From Phaeosaccion multiseriatum (lineage: Eukaryota; Protista; Ochrophyta, other classes): a stretch of DNA of 64,000 bases. Below, piece after piece: positions 48,234 through 59,793 of the stretch (position 1 is its first letter; the number at the start of each line of letters is the position of its first letter). Location of the stretch: assembly GCA_965112735.1 (NCBI GenBank), contig OZ218957.1, positions 2,666,001 through 2,730,000 on the forward strand. The letters are read 5' to 3'. The position numbers and the translations under genes are program-made. The notes beneath the pieces are model-generated. The model did not search any database. It had not been told where the DNA came from and was given only the letters and a program-made list of their open reading frames with translations.

Positions 48234-49257
48234 ATGACTTCGAAGAGGCAATGCGGGGGGAGCGGGGGGCGTGCAGGGAATGCCCCTCCTAGTAGAGCAG
48301 AGGGAGCTGCTGCTGCCCAGGAAGCTTTCGCGGCCTATGCCAAGGCCTTGGGGATGGAGGACGTCCTGCGGAGAGTCTTTCTCCTCGTGGGGAAGGGTCA
48401 CCACGTCTTCATCGCCACCGTGTGTAAGGAGTGGCGAGAGCACTACCGGGCGGCGTATCCCCCACTCGAGACTGTCCGTCGAAGCGTGGTGGGGTCTGTC
48501 GAGCGCGTGCTGTGGGCCAAGAAGTGTGGGTACGAGCTGAGTGTGGGTACTTTCAACGCGGCGGCAGAGTTCGGAGATGTGAGCGTGTGCGAGGAGCTTC
48601 ATCGCATGTGCTGCCCCTGGCATGAAGAGGCCTGTAGAGCAGCTGTGAGGAATGCTAGGCATGGGTTGTGTATCCTCAAGTGGCTGCGATCCGAGGACCC
48701 CCCCAGCAACGAACCATGTCCTTGGTCGGTACGTTGGAGAAGTGAGGAAGCTGGCAAGAGCGGCAATGTGGAGGTTCTGGAGTGGCTGCTGTCCAACGAG
48801 TTTGAGGGGCCTCCTCCTGACGAGATGCTGAGGGAGGCTGTGAAGGTAGAGCGCATTGACGTGGTGGAAATGCTTGTGCAGCACCCCAAGGTGAGACGTC
48901 TGATGGAGGCGGCAGAGGGATACAATCCGTGGAGATATGGGCCTAGATGGGTGACCCGAGAGGGCCATCTGCAAGTGCTGCAATGGCTGCATGCCAACGC
49001 ACGCGAGCTGTGCAGATGGGATGGAAAAATATGTGAGGGAGCAGTATATTTCGCCCAAAGTCTGTCTGTCCTGAAATGGCTCCGCTCAGAGGAGATCATG
49101 TGTCCCTGGACGAGAGAGGCATGCCCACAGTTCATGGCACCTTTGGCGGCTTTCTGGGGTACGGCCCCTGCCACTTTGGAGGAGAGAGTCACCTGGGAGG
49201 AGACTTAAGCAGTGGGTGCTGCATGCCAATGGGCGTCCCTGCAACTGCCAAGACTGA
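48234..49257 (+). pseudogene. Nearly intact, intronless CPW-type ankyrin-repeat gene with an F-box-like N-terminus; +1 frameshift near the C-terminus
   Basis: 324-aa ORF (LRRVFLLVGKGHHVFIATVCKEWR..LHRMCCPWHEEAC..LKWLRS..EGHLQVLQWLHAN..CPW). GAG ACT T AAG CAG TGG cuts off the conserved KQWVLHANGRPCNCQD tail. It may still be expressed. Confidence 0.75.
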
Positions 49258-49362
49258 CTCATTTCACGCCAATTGGAAAGGAGTAAGGCCCTCAGGCTGT
49301 CAATCAAAGAGATGTTTGTAGGCAGGGTATTATTGTACGCATGTTTTACTAATTTTAATTAA

Positions 49363-49602
49363 CACTCGATTTGCGTAAGAATCGCCCAAATCGCCCCCCA
49401 ATAAATTTACGGACACTGGTAGCAAAATGACGCTGGGAGAAGCGCTAAAGCTCCTCGTGTAGCTCTTTGAGATACCTATCGATCCATAGTCTTTCGGCTT
49501 TCATCGCTTTCCCCCTTCCCTACTTGTCAGCATTTCTGCAAGAGCACTCCCCCTTGCCGCCCGACCCACAAAGATTTGGGCGATTCTTACCCAAATCGAG
49601 TG
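49363..49602. mobile_element. 240-bp piggyBac-type MITE
   Basis: 30-bp TIRs CACTCGATTTG(C/G)GTAAGAATCGCCCAAATC with one mismatch, flanked by TTAA on both sides (49359-49362 and 49603-49606). No transposase. Confidence 0.85.
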
Positions 49603-50118
49603 TTAAAAAAGCGTGTGAGCGGTGTGCGAAACAGTATCTTATTCAATTGACAGGAAACGCACATTGCTTCGGGTATAGTTTGCCCATGGGCACTGCATGC
49701 CCAATTGACTTACCATACCAGGTTCGCCTTCTTTCCAAGGTCGCTCTACATTTAGTTCCATGCAGGAGGGCCCCTTCCCGAGGGCATCGACTTCTCCTGT
49801 CGCCCCAATTCAGGGCTGAGCAGTCCCACAGCTTCATTCTCTACGCGGCGCTGCGGCACTGGCGAGGCTTGGAAATCGACTGGTGATTGATTGCTGCCAT
49901 CCATTCCTCCTCCTCCTCCTCCTCCTCCTCCTCCTCCTCCTTCCTCTCGATGGACGGCTCGAAACAAACCACGAGTGCTGCTTCTTCCACCTCCCTTGGC
50001 CCACGCCGTACCGCTCCTGACCCCTCGTACTTCCCCCCTGACCTATGCAATGCGCAGCAGCTGATGGATGCCGAAACTCTGCAACACTCTTTCCCTCCCA
50101 CACACCCACACCGCTCAC

Positions 50119-52060
50119 TCAGTAGCACGTGCCGTTGATCCACAGAGGGCGACTCTCGCTGCAACACGTGCGGCAAGGCTCCACCTCCGGCGAATGGGGC
50201 TCACGAAGGCAGTAGGGCCCCTCGTTCAGTACGAAGGCGCAGTCTCCACCGACCCCGGAGTGGACACCGGTCACGCAGCTCGAGCAGCGAGACGTGCGGT
50301 AGCCGGCGGAGAGGAACTTCTGGAGGGCGGTGATGCGAGGGGTTTGGGGTCGGGCGGGTGGGTGGGTGGGTGGGTGAGTGGACGGGTGAGTGGGTGAGAG
50401 GGTGGGTGGGTGGGTGGGTGGGTGAGTGTGTGAGTGCGTGGGTGGGTGTTTGAGTGCGTGGGTGCGTGTGTGAGTGCGTGGGTGGGTGGGTGGGTGGGTG
50501 AGTGGGTGGGTGGGTGGGTATGGGCGTGTTTAAGGGTAAAGCAGAGCTGACGACAAAACACAGAGGGGGGCGGGGGGGGGGGTGACGGTGCGGTGCGGCG
50601 CTCAGCAAGGGTGTGCATTGGAGAGGAGGAGTGGGAGTGTGCCTGAGGGCGATAGAGAGGCGGCTCGATAGAGATGGCATGCATCAACGAGCCGAGCGAC
50701 TCCTTTGGCACGCAGAGGATTATGCATGGGGGGAGAGTTCTCGGAAGCACGCCAAGGAAGCAAAAAAAGAAGCGGTGAGGAGGGCGCCTCCCATCATCCC
50801 TTCTCATATACCCAACTGTGAATTGGGCTCATATCACCACAATCTGAGGGAGGAGGGAGGTAAGGTACACTCCCCTCTCCGCAGCTCAGCCACGCACCTC
50901 GACAGACTCGAGCTCGCAGGGCACACACGGCTGCTGCAGCGTGCACCGTCTCTCCTGGCCGTCCTCGCAGCCTCGAAAGGCGTCCAAATAGGGCGGAATG
51001 TCTCTGCCCGAGGCCTCATCCACACACGTCATAATGCCGGAAGTAGAGGTGAGGGGGCAGCTGGAGGAGGCCTCTTCCTCTGGGGTGGAGAAGAAGGGTG
51101 TGCCTAGGGCAGGGCGTCAAGGAGAATGGGCGGGTGGGTGTGGGGTGGGTGTGTGTTCCTTTCGTGTGAGGGTTGTACCTTGCTATCACCATCACCATCA
51201 CCATCTCCACAAAGAGATGATGATGATTGACGACATCGGTCAGGGTCATGCATATGGCAATGTAGCGATAACTTTCGGCCGGTCTGACAGACAGACAGAC
51301 AGGACAGGAAAGGGGGGGGGGGGCAGAGCGAGGGTATACAAAGGGTGCCTCTCCTTCCTACCTCCTGTGAGGCAGGTGGCGTCTCCCTGACACCAGCAGG
51401 GGTTCTCGTCCCACTCCTCTTCGCTGCCCATCACACGCTTGCCCCCTCTGGCACTGCCTATGCAGTCCCAGCGGTACAAGGGGATCTGCAGGCAAGGTAC
51501 AGTGGGACGGCCAATCAGCGGGCAGTGGTTTGGGTGCGGGTCCGCGAGAGAGAGGGCGAGACTCCGATTAAATCTCAGTCCAGACCCCAGGAAAGAACAC
51601 CGATACATCACCAACTGCTGCATATGTGCTACACACACACACACACACACACGCACACACACACACACACATATCCTTACCCGGAACCCGGACGGGAGCT
51701 TGACGCAGGCATAGAACAGGTGCACATACTCGAACACGACCATGGATAGGAGCGCCATGCCCGCGAACAGGGGCCGCCACCGCTGCGTGGCTCCCACCAT
51801 GCAGTGCCCGGCAACGGCGAGGGTGAGCAGCGTCACCAGCTGAGGGGGGTGGGAAGAAGACCAGATGCAAACAGGCCAGATCGAAGGGGAGAGAGTGAGA
51901 CAGACTGACAGAGAGAGGGAGAAAAGGGGGAGGAGAAAAAAAAAAAAAAGAGCAGCATTGCCTCTCTGAAAAGGGTGTGCCTCCGCTTTTCACTCACCGC
52001 TCCGAACCAAAAGTCAGACGGGCCCTCGCCACTGCTCCAAAAGCCCCCCTGCATCTTCAT
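50119..52060 (-). CDS. Uncharacterised membrane protein: two N-terminal hydrophobic segments and a Cys-rich C-terminal domain, five exons
   Basis: MKMQGG..FWFGA / LVTLLTLAVAGHC..LFAGMALLSMVVFEYVHLFY..FR / IPLYRWDC..NPCWCQGDATCLT / GTPFF..CTLQQPCVPCE / ..RCSSC..DCAFVLNEGPYC..EPCRTCCSE..NGTCY-stop. Confidence 0.75.
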
Positions 52061-52401
52061 TGTGGCGGCCCGAGAGCTCCAGGGCCCGTCCCAGCTGGTT
52101 CAGTCCCTCTCTCGTTCGCACTGCTGCAGCCTCCCTTTCCTCCCCATCTCTTCTCGTGCCGCAACGTAGACACTCGTACGACCCACACGAAGAGCTCCAC
52201 CTCCCTTTCCTTCGTGCTACACCCAAGCACACCCTCCGGAGGCAAGGGCCAAGAGAAGTAGAAGAGGGTGACAGTTGAGGTACGTGCCACAAGAATGTCG
52301 TCTCGGAGTCCGAGGATGGCACCAGAGGGCCTCGCTCGAGGTCGATATCCGAGGTCCTCCCACACCCTCCTAAATAACTACATTCTAAGGTTACGTCAAG
52401 C

Positions 52402-54661
52402 ATGTCAGAGCCTGCTTCGAAGAGGTCCAAGTCGGACATGACGGGACAGAAGGTAGGTGCGCGCCAGTCGGGAGAGGACATGGGAGGGAAGGGATGGACG
52501 GCTTTGCGGTGGCATGATTGGCGGTGAAACATGTCCCTCATTATCTTCCGTGTCCAAGGCTTCTTGAGGGCCCAGAGTAGATTCGAGAGTAGGTTAGGTA
52601 TATGACGATGACGACGAGAGGGCACGCCGCTTCTGGTGTGGACGGCAGCGGAGCAGGGGTGCAGTGAAGTATCATAGCATTCGTTATGGAGCGCACTCGA
52701 GACTGGCTCGCCAGCAGCAGCAGCACCACCAGAAGCAGCAGCAGAGGAACGCAGCCCTTCGAGAGCAGCGTTATTGCGCATGTTTGAGCCCCAGATGGCT
52801 CTCGCTTCAATTGCGCACCTCTCGGCATGTCCGAGCTCCTTCCTCTTAGTGTCCTCTCTGCACGGACCCCTCCTATCTCCTCTCTGCCCTCTCTCTCCAT
52901 CCTTGTAGCTTCTCACGGCTTCAACTCTTATCCCCTTCCCCCTTACCCTTGACCTATGACATGCAACCATACTTTGTGACCCGACCCACCCAACCCGATC
53001 CCAAGGTTGTCCTGGCCTACTCCGGAGGGCTTGACACAAGCGTTATCCTGAGATGGCTCATCGAGAAGGGCTTCGAGGTCATCTGCTACTGCGCCAATGT
53101 GGGGCAGGTGGGAGAGGACTTTGAGAAAGTGCGAGCCAAGGCCATGAAGTGTGGAGCTTCCGCGGTGAGTAACGGCCATACACACAGCCATGGTAAAAAA
53201 GGGATACCAAGTCACGCGTCCACACATCCAAGACAGAGGGAGGGCGGGCGGGAGGGGGGGGCAGAGGGATGGTACGGCAGGGCGGCTGCTGAGGGGCTGC
53301 TGCGAGGGAAGCACCTTGCAAGTGCCTGTACCCATACGCCTCTAGGCTGCGGTGTTCCAACTGTTGCGAGCGAGGCCGAATCGGATGTAAAAGCGCTTTG
53401 GCTGGACATGTCCGTTCGACCAGACGTGCAAGACAAACCATCCAAGCCCGGTCATCCCAGTATTGGCTGTATTGCGTGTGTGTCTGGAGAGAGAGAGAGA
53501 GAGAGAGAAGAGGGCGTACGAGGGAGAGGGAGAATGGGGGGGGCTCTCGGTGGGCCCCTGCGTCAGACTGGGCTCACCGTCCTCAGATGTCGCCTGGTCC
53601 TGTTCCTGGGGGCGGGTATAAAGGCAAGAGCCTACCTACCTACCTACCTACCTGCCCTCCTCCCTACCCACCTACTTACCTGCCTGCCTACCTACCTACC
53701 TACCTACCTACCTACTCACCTACCCACCTACCTACCTACCTACCTACCTAACCACCCTATGTTCCTCCCCACCTCCACCGTCAATCCACAAACAAACTCC
53801 AAACTCAAACCGCAACTCCAACTCAACCTGAAACTGAAATGACGATAGGTGTACATTGAGGACTTGTGTGAGGAGTTTGTGGAGGGCTTCATCTTCGAGG
53901 CCATTAAGGTAAGAGCTTCTATTTTGTGCTTCACCCTTCCATCCGTCAAGTGCCATCTAGTGCCATCTTTGGGTTAGGTAGGGTGTGGCTCGCTGCGTTG
54001 TGTACCTGAGTAACACCACTTCGACTTCGATCGCCATTGACTACCTTTTACCCCATGCTTGCCTAAAGTGTGTCTCTCGACCGCCCTTGAGGTGCCATCT
54101 TAACAATGCAAGTTTGCCTACAAGTAACACGTACGTCTCCCCTTCTCCCCCACTCCCCTTCTCCCCCACCCCCCTCTCCCTTTCCTATGAATTAAAGGCC
54201 AACGCAATTTATGAGTCTCGCTACCTGCTGGGCACCTCCATCGCCAGGCCTGTCATCGCCAAGAGGCAGATCGAGATCGCCAAGAAAGAGGGAGCAGGGT
54301 ATGTGGCGCACGGAGCCACCGGCAAGGGGAACGACCAGGTGAGGGGGAGGGAGGAGAGGATGGGAGGGAGGGAGGTCGACGAGAGGGGAGAAGAGGAAGG
54401 GAGGGAAGGAGGGAGAGGGGTGGGGAGGGAGGGAGAGAGGGAGGCGGCTGGCTGGCGGGGAAAGGAAGGATGTACGCAGAAGAGAGGGGAGAAGAAGTAG
54501 GGGGGGGGGGGGGGGGCAGGGGAGGCGCATCCACGAACACTGACAGGCAGAGAGACATGTAGAAAAGAGCTCCTTCGCACCACACCCACCCACTACTTCG
54601 CGCCTCTTATACCTGTGGCTTTTCCTTCTGAAACGAAACCGTCACACGCACCCATGAAATG

Positions 54662-54707
<46 letters not shown>

Positions 54708-57610
54708 ACTGAACAGGTACGCTTCGAGATGTGTGCGCAGTCGCTGGACGCGTCCATCAAGTGCATCGCCCCGTGGAGAGACGCCGAGTTCCTCGAGTCC
54801 TTCAAGGGCAGGAAGGACCTCCTCGCTTACGCCACCAAGGTGAGGGGTGAGGGGTGGGGTGTGTATGTGTATATAGGTGTGTGTGTGTGCGTGTTCGTGT
54901 ATGTATGTGTGTGCGCGCGTGTATGTGTGCGTGTGTGTGTTGATGTATGTATGTGTGTGTTGATGTATGTATGTGTGTGCGTGTTCGTGTGTATGTGCAT
55001 ACGCCACAAGGTACGGATGAGGAGGGATGGAGGGGGGGGGGTGTGAGTGTGTTGGGGTTCGCTTAGCCCTCCTCTCCCTCCCCTCCCTCCCTCCCTCCCC
55101 CCCCCCCCTTCAGCACTCCATCCCCGTGGAAGCCAAGCCTAAGGCGAATTACTCCATCGACGAGAACATGTTCCACACCTCCTACGAGTCGGGCATGCTC
55201 GAGGACCCCATGTGCCCCCCCCCACAGAGCATGTTCAAGATGACCGTCGACCCGGAGAAGGTAAGAGGCAGGCATATGGGCAGGTAGGCTTATGAGCAGG
55301 CAGGCATGTGGGCAGGCCTACACCCCTCCTCCTCCTCATCATCATCACCATCACCATCATCCTCCTCATCCTCCTCATCCTCCTCCTCCTTTCCCTTCTC
55401 CCCACCCTCCTCCTCCTCCTCCTCCTCCTCCTCCTCCCCCTCCTCTTCCTCCTTCTCCTCCTCCTCCTCCTCCTCCTCCTCCTCCTCCTCCTCCTCCTTT
55501 CCCTTCTCCCAACCCCCCCCCTCCTCCTCCTCCTCCTCCTCTGCAGGCCCCCGATAAGCCGGAGGAGCTGAGGATTGAGTTCAAGGCAGGCGTCCCCATC
55601 AGGGTCACCAACAAGAACGATGGAGTTATTAAGGACACCGGCCTTGAGCTATTCAAATACCTCAACGAGGTGAGGGAGGGAGAGAGGGATGGTAGTGGAT
55701 GACGACGAAGACGAGGAGGAGGAGGAGACGTCTTCCTTCCTTCGTTCCTCCTGACTGCTTGCCCTTGAATTTTGTGTGTAGCCCCCCCCCCCCCACCCCT
55801 TCTATGCGCCCTCCCTCTCCTGACCTGTGTGCTTCTCACACTCTTCCTCCTCCGCCTCCCCCTCCCCACCCCCACCCCATACCCCCCTGTCTCTCTCTCT
55901 CTCTCCCTCTCTCTATCTCTCTCTCTCTTTCTCTCTCTCTCTCCCTCTCTCTCTCTCGCTCTCTTTCTCTCTCTCTCCCTCTCTCTCTCTCCCTCTCCTC
56001 TCTCGCTTCTCTCTCTCACACACACGCCTCCCTCCCCCCAACGAAGGTGGCTGGGCGTAACGGCGTGGGCCGAATCGACATTGTCGAGAACCGTTTCGTA
56101 GGCATCAAGTCCCGAGGGATTTACGAGACCCCGGCGGGCGCCGTGCTCAGAGAGGCACACTTGGACCTCGAGGGCATCACCCTCGACAGAGAAGGTTAGT
56201 GGAGGGAGGGAGGGAGGGAGGGAGGGCAGGGGAGGGAAGGACGGAGGTAAGGAGGGGACGGAGGTAAGGAGAGGCGGGAGGAAGGAGGCAGGAAGGAGGG
56301 AGGAAGTACGGCTACTCTCTCGCGCGATATCACACGCCCTCCCCTTCGAGTAAGGAAGAGTGCTTTGTGGCTTGTCTTGCTCTCCTTCGTGCAGGTCCTC
56401 TCACTCCTCCTCTTTGTCCTCTCTACTTACACGCCGTCTCTCTCCGCCTGTCCTTGCTGCCTCTTTTGCCATTTCCTCTCTCCGCCCCTCGGCTCCTCCT
56501 ACCTCCTCCCCTTCCTCGCCTCGTTCTCTCTCTCCCTCTCTCTCTCCCTCTCTCCCTCCCTCCCTCTCCCTCTCCCAGTGATCCGTGTCCAGCAGGGGTT
56601 GTCGGAGGAGTTCTCTCGCCTGTGCTACAACGGCTTTTGGTTCGCCCCCGAGATGGAGCTCATCAAGCACGCCATCAACTTCGCGCAGAAGGACGTTACA
56701 GGCAAGTAGAACAAGCACTAAAGTAGGCAGTGCAACAAGTCAAATCAGTCAGCTACAGACAAATATAACAAGGACCAAAGCAGGCAGTGCAACAAGTTAA
56801 TCAGCCAGCTACAGACAAATAGAACAAGGACTAAAGTAGTCAGTGCAACTAGTCAAATCAGTCAGTTGCAGGCAAGTCGAGCAGCTGTTGGTCAATAGTG
56901 ATGTAGTGAGTGAGTCATTTACACAGAGCGCCCTTATGGTGCCATCCATCCCTCTTACGCTCCCGTCCCATCCCATCCCATCTGCTGCCATCCCATCCCA
57001 TCCCATCCACTGCCATCCTACCGACACATGTAACGTACATACAGGGAGTGTGGAGCTGAAGCTGTACAAGGGCAACATTATCATTGTGGGCAGAGACTCC
57101 AAGAACTCTCTGTACAGCGCCGACCTCGCCAGCATGGACATTGAGAACGGGGGTAACATCGACTACGACCCCGCTGACGCCAACGGCTTCATCCGCATCA
57201 ACGTGAGTGGTGATTACACTGCAGTGCAAGGCAATGCAGCAGTTGGGTTGGTGATGTGGGAGGGAGGGGGGGAGGGAGGGAGGGAGGGACGGGAGGAGAG
57301 GGACAGGAAGGGAGGGAGGTAGGCAGAGCAGGGAGAGAAGAGGGCGAGGGGAGCGGTTGTAGCTGGTGCAGCAATTGGCTCTTCTCTTACAATTCACGTG
57401 CCGGCCCTCTATGTCTTTGTCTCTTGTCTTTTCTCTCCCTGTGGGGCTCTCTCCCTCACGTCCTCCCCTCTCCCCCTCCGTCCCCTCCCTTCCCTCCCTC
57501 CCTCTCTCTCTTCCTCCCTCCCTCCCTCTGTATGGCCTGCACAGAGCACCCGCCTCAAGTGCTACAACCTCCTCAGAGGCTGCCCTGCTGAGCTCAAGGA
57601 CCTCAAATGA
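52402..57610 (+). CDS. ASS1: Argininosuccinate synthase, multi-exon
   Basis: [90 protein letters not shown] and DANGFIRIN. First exon is [17 protein letters not shown]. Confidence 0.97.
56697..56877 (+). repeat. Three tandem copies of a unit of about 57 bp beginning at the ASS exon/GC-donor junction
   Basis: Successive units start tacaggcaagtag, tacagacaaatat and tacagacaaatag, with a partial fourth tgcaggcaagtcg. Confidence 0.85.
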
Positions 57611-58060
57611 GTCATCACAAATGGCTTGAGTATCACAACGCTTGGGGCGAGGAGAGAGGAGACAGCTACTAGACAAAGACAGACACACTGACTCGCTGGC
57701 CGACCGACTGGAGCGGAAAGACAAAGAGACTCGGAACAGACGGACTCAGCAGATGAGAGTGTGAGGGAGTCACAGACGATAGACGAGAGCAAGTGAGTCA
57801 ACTCCATGAATTTGGAGGTGCGCCTCCTTCTCTTCTCTTCTGCCCTTAGCTAAAGGCTTGTCCGCAGGGGAGCCAAGAAGCTTCACCAACCACATGAGAG
57901 TTGTAGGTAAAAGCGAATAGAACTGTTTTTTTAACGTTTAGGTTTTTGTGTCGCATTCCATTTTATTTACCCTTGGTCCATCGCTTTCCACTTCTCCGAG
58001 CGCACCTCCTCCGCCTACGCCACGGTTACGAATCTCACTACAAAATGGACCAGAAAGTCG

Positions 58061-58415
58061 TTAAAGAATGCCCACGCCGGACTCTCGTACCTCCTTTCCG
58101 TACTCCTCCCGCCTCCGAACCTTGCTCGCATCCTCCGTACTCATGCGGCGCGAGGCTGGATTGGAGCTCATCTGCGCACCTCCAAAGCCGTCCCTGTACT
58201 CAAACTTGTTGACAGACTCTGCCAAGGGCCTGTCACCGGGGGCCATCTGTTGCGAAAGCTCCAGTGCGTCGCTGAGGGCATTCGCTTCTTGTTCTTTGAG
58301 GTGGTCGAGGTATCGCGGCCCTACTTGGGTTACGGAGTTGCGGTGGCCTTCCCACTCGTTCTATTGGTATTGGAGGAGATGGGGAGAGGGGGGGGGGAGG
58401 GTAAGTGTATGCGTG

Positions 58416-58459
<44 letters not shown>

Positions 58460-59710
58460 AGTGTGTATGTATGTGTGTGTCTGTGTGTGCTCCTCCGTTT
58501 CAGTTTCTGCCTCTGTTCACCTGTCCCGCTCCTTCTGTCGACTATCCCCTCTCGCCGCACTCCTCGTGCCACTATATTGTACTGACGCCCACCCACATGC
58601 CTCCACTCTACATCACCCCCTCACCCTCTCTAGACTAACCTCGTGGTCCAGCAGCGCCGCGTGTTTGGTCTCCAGCGCCGTCGCCACCTGTAGCACCGCC
58701 ATCTCCATGACCATTCCATCCTCCGGCGTGAACCCTGCAGGGTCACACTTGTTGACCATCTCGAGCACCCCCACCACCTGATGATGGTCAAAGCAGACGT
58801 GAGAGGGTAATATATACATAATATATATACATGAGAGACTCTTGCTTTTGCAGATATAGTACACACCAAGACCCTTCATATCCCTCTGTGGACCCATCTG
58901 GAGATGGCAGTCTAAAGAGCTTCAGCACACTGCCTGTCACCTTATCCGTATGATATCATTCCCACAGTCATCCATCGATTGAGAAATGGCAGTCGGAACC
59001 TCTCCCCTCTGTCTCTCTCCTGTCTATTACGACATCACATCATATCCATCGGGAGATGGCAGTCCACGAAGACACCAATATCCAATACTCCATCGTGGGA
59101 CGGTAGTCTGCAAAGACCTCATATCCATCGGGAGATGGCAGTCTAAAGGGCGTAGGGCACCACAGCCCCTTATGAGGTCAACACACACAAAGCTGCTTAT
59201 AAGGGTCCAATAAGCTTAGGACTTAACACACCTCTGAGCCGATGCGCGAGTTGATGGGCTCGCAGAGGATGGAGCGCGTTACGAAGCCCGTGTCCTGAAG
59301 GGAGGGGGGGGAGGAGGGAGTGTGATGCTCATGATGCGTTAGTAGATCGGGTCATCAAGGAGGGGTGAGCCCAGAGCCTCTGCTTCGCTCCCACGTCAGA
59401 GTGTATCCCTCCCTCCCTCCCTCCCTCCCTCCCTCCCTCCCTCCCTCCCTCCCTCCCTCCCTCCCTCCCTCCCTCCCTCCCTCCCTCCCTCCCTCCGTCC
59501 CTTCCTCCCTCCCTGCCTGCCTGCCTCCTTCCCTCTCCATCCAGTGCCATCCACCCACCCGATCAATGGCGGCGTTGAATCGATCGTCGCTATAGGGGTC
59601 ATTAGATAGAATGCGCATTCCGCTCGTGGCGCAGGCCCCGGCGATGCCCTTGTCCTAGGCAATGGCAAGGTTATAGAGGCGAAAAGCAGTGGAGAGAGGG
59701 GAGGAGGGAG

Positions 59711-59793
<83 letters not shown>

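Larger units (their letters stand above)
17833..51621. repeat. Dispersed motif family CTG-TATCACCAA-CTG (about 19 copies, both orientations)
   Basis: Exact core in copies starting near 17833, 27256, 27923, 28117, 29787, 30584, 33557, 38265, 38422, 40055, 40248, 40801 and 42929. One-mismatch copies near 27173, 32251, 39819, 43092, 46266 and 51607. Manual count. Confidence 0.9.

Noticed and set aside
48132-49058. 308-aa minus-strand ORF
   Set aside because: Antisense shadow of the ankyrin gene.
52014-53039. 341-aa minus-strand ORF
   Set aside because: It overlaps the ASS promoter, first exon and intron in antisense, and has no domain features.
58894-59143. CRISPR-like appearance of palindromic repeats with spacers
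   Set aside because: Spacing is irregular, repeats are degenerate, the site is a eukaryotic intron, and there are no cas genes.
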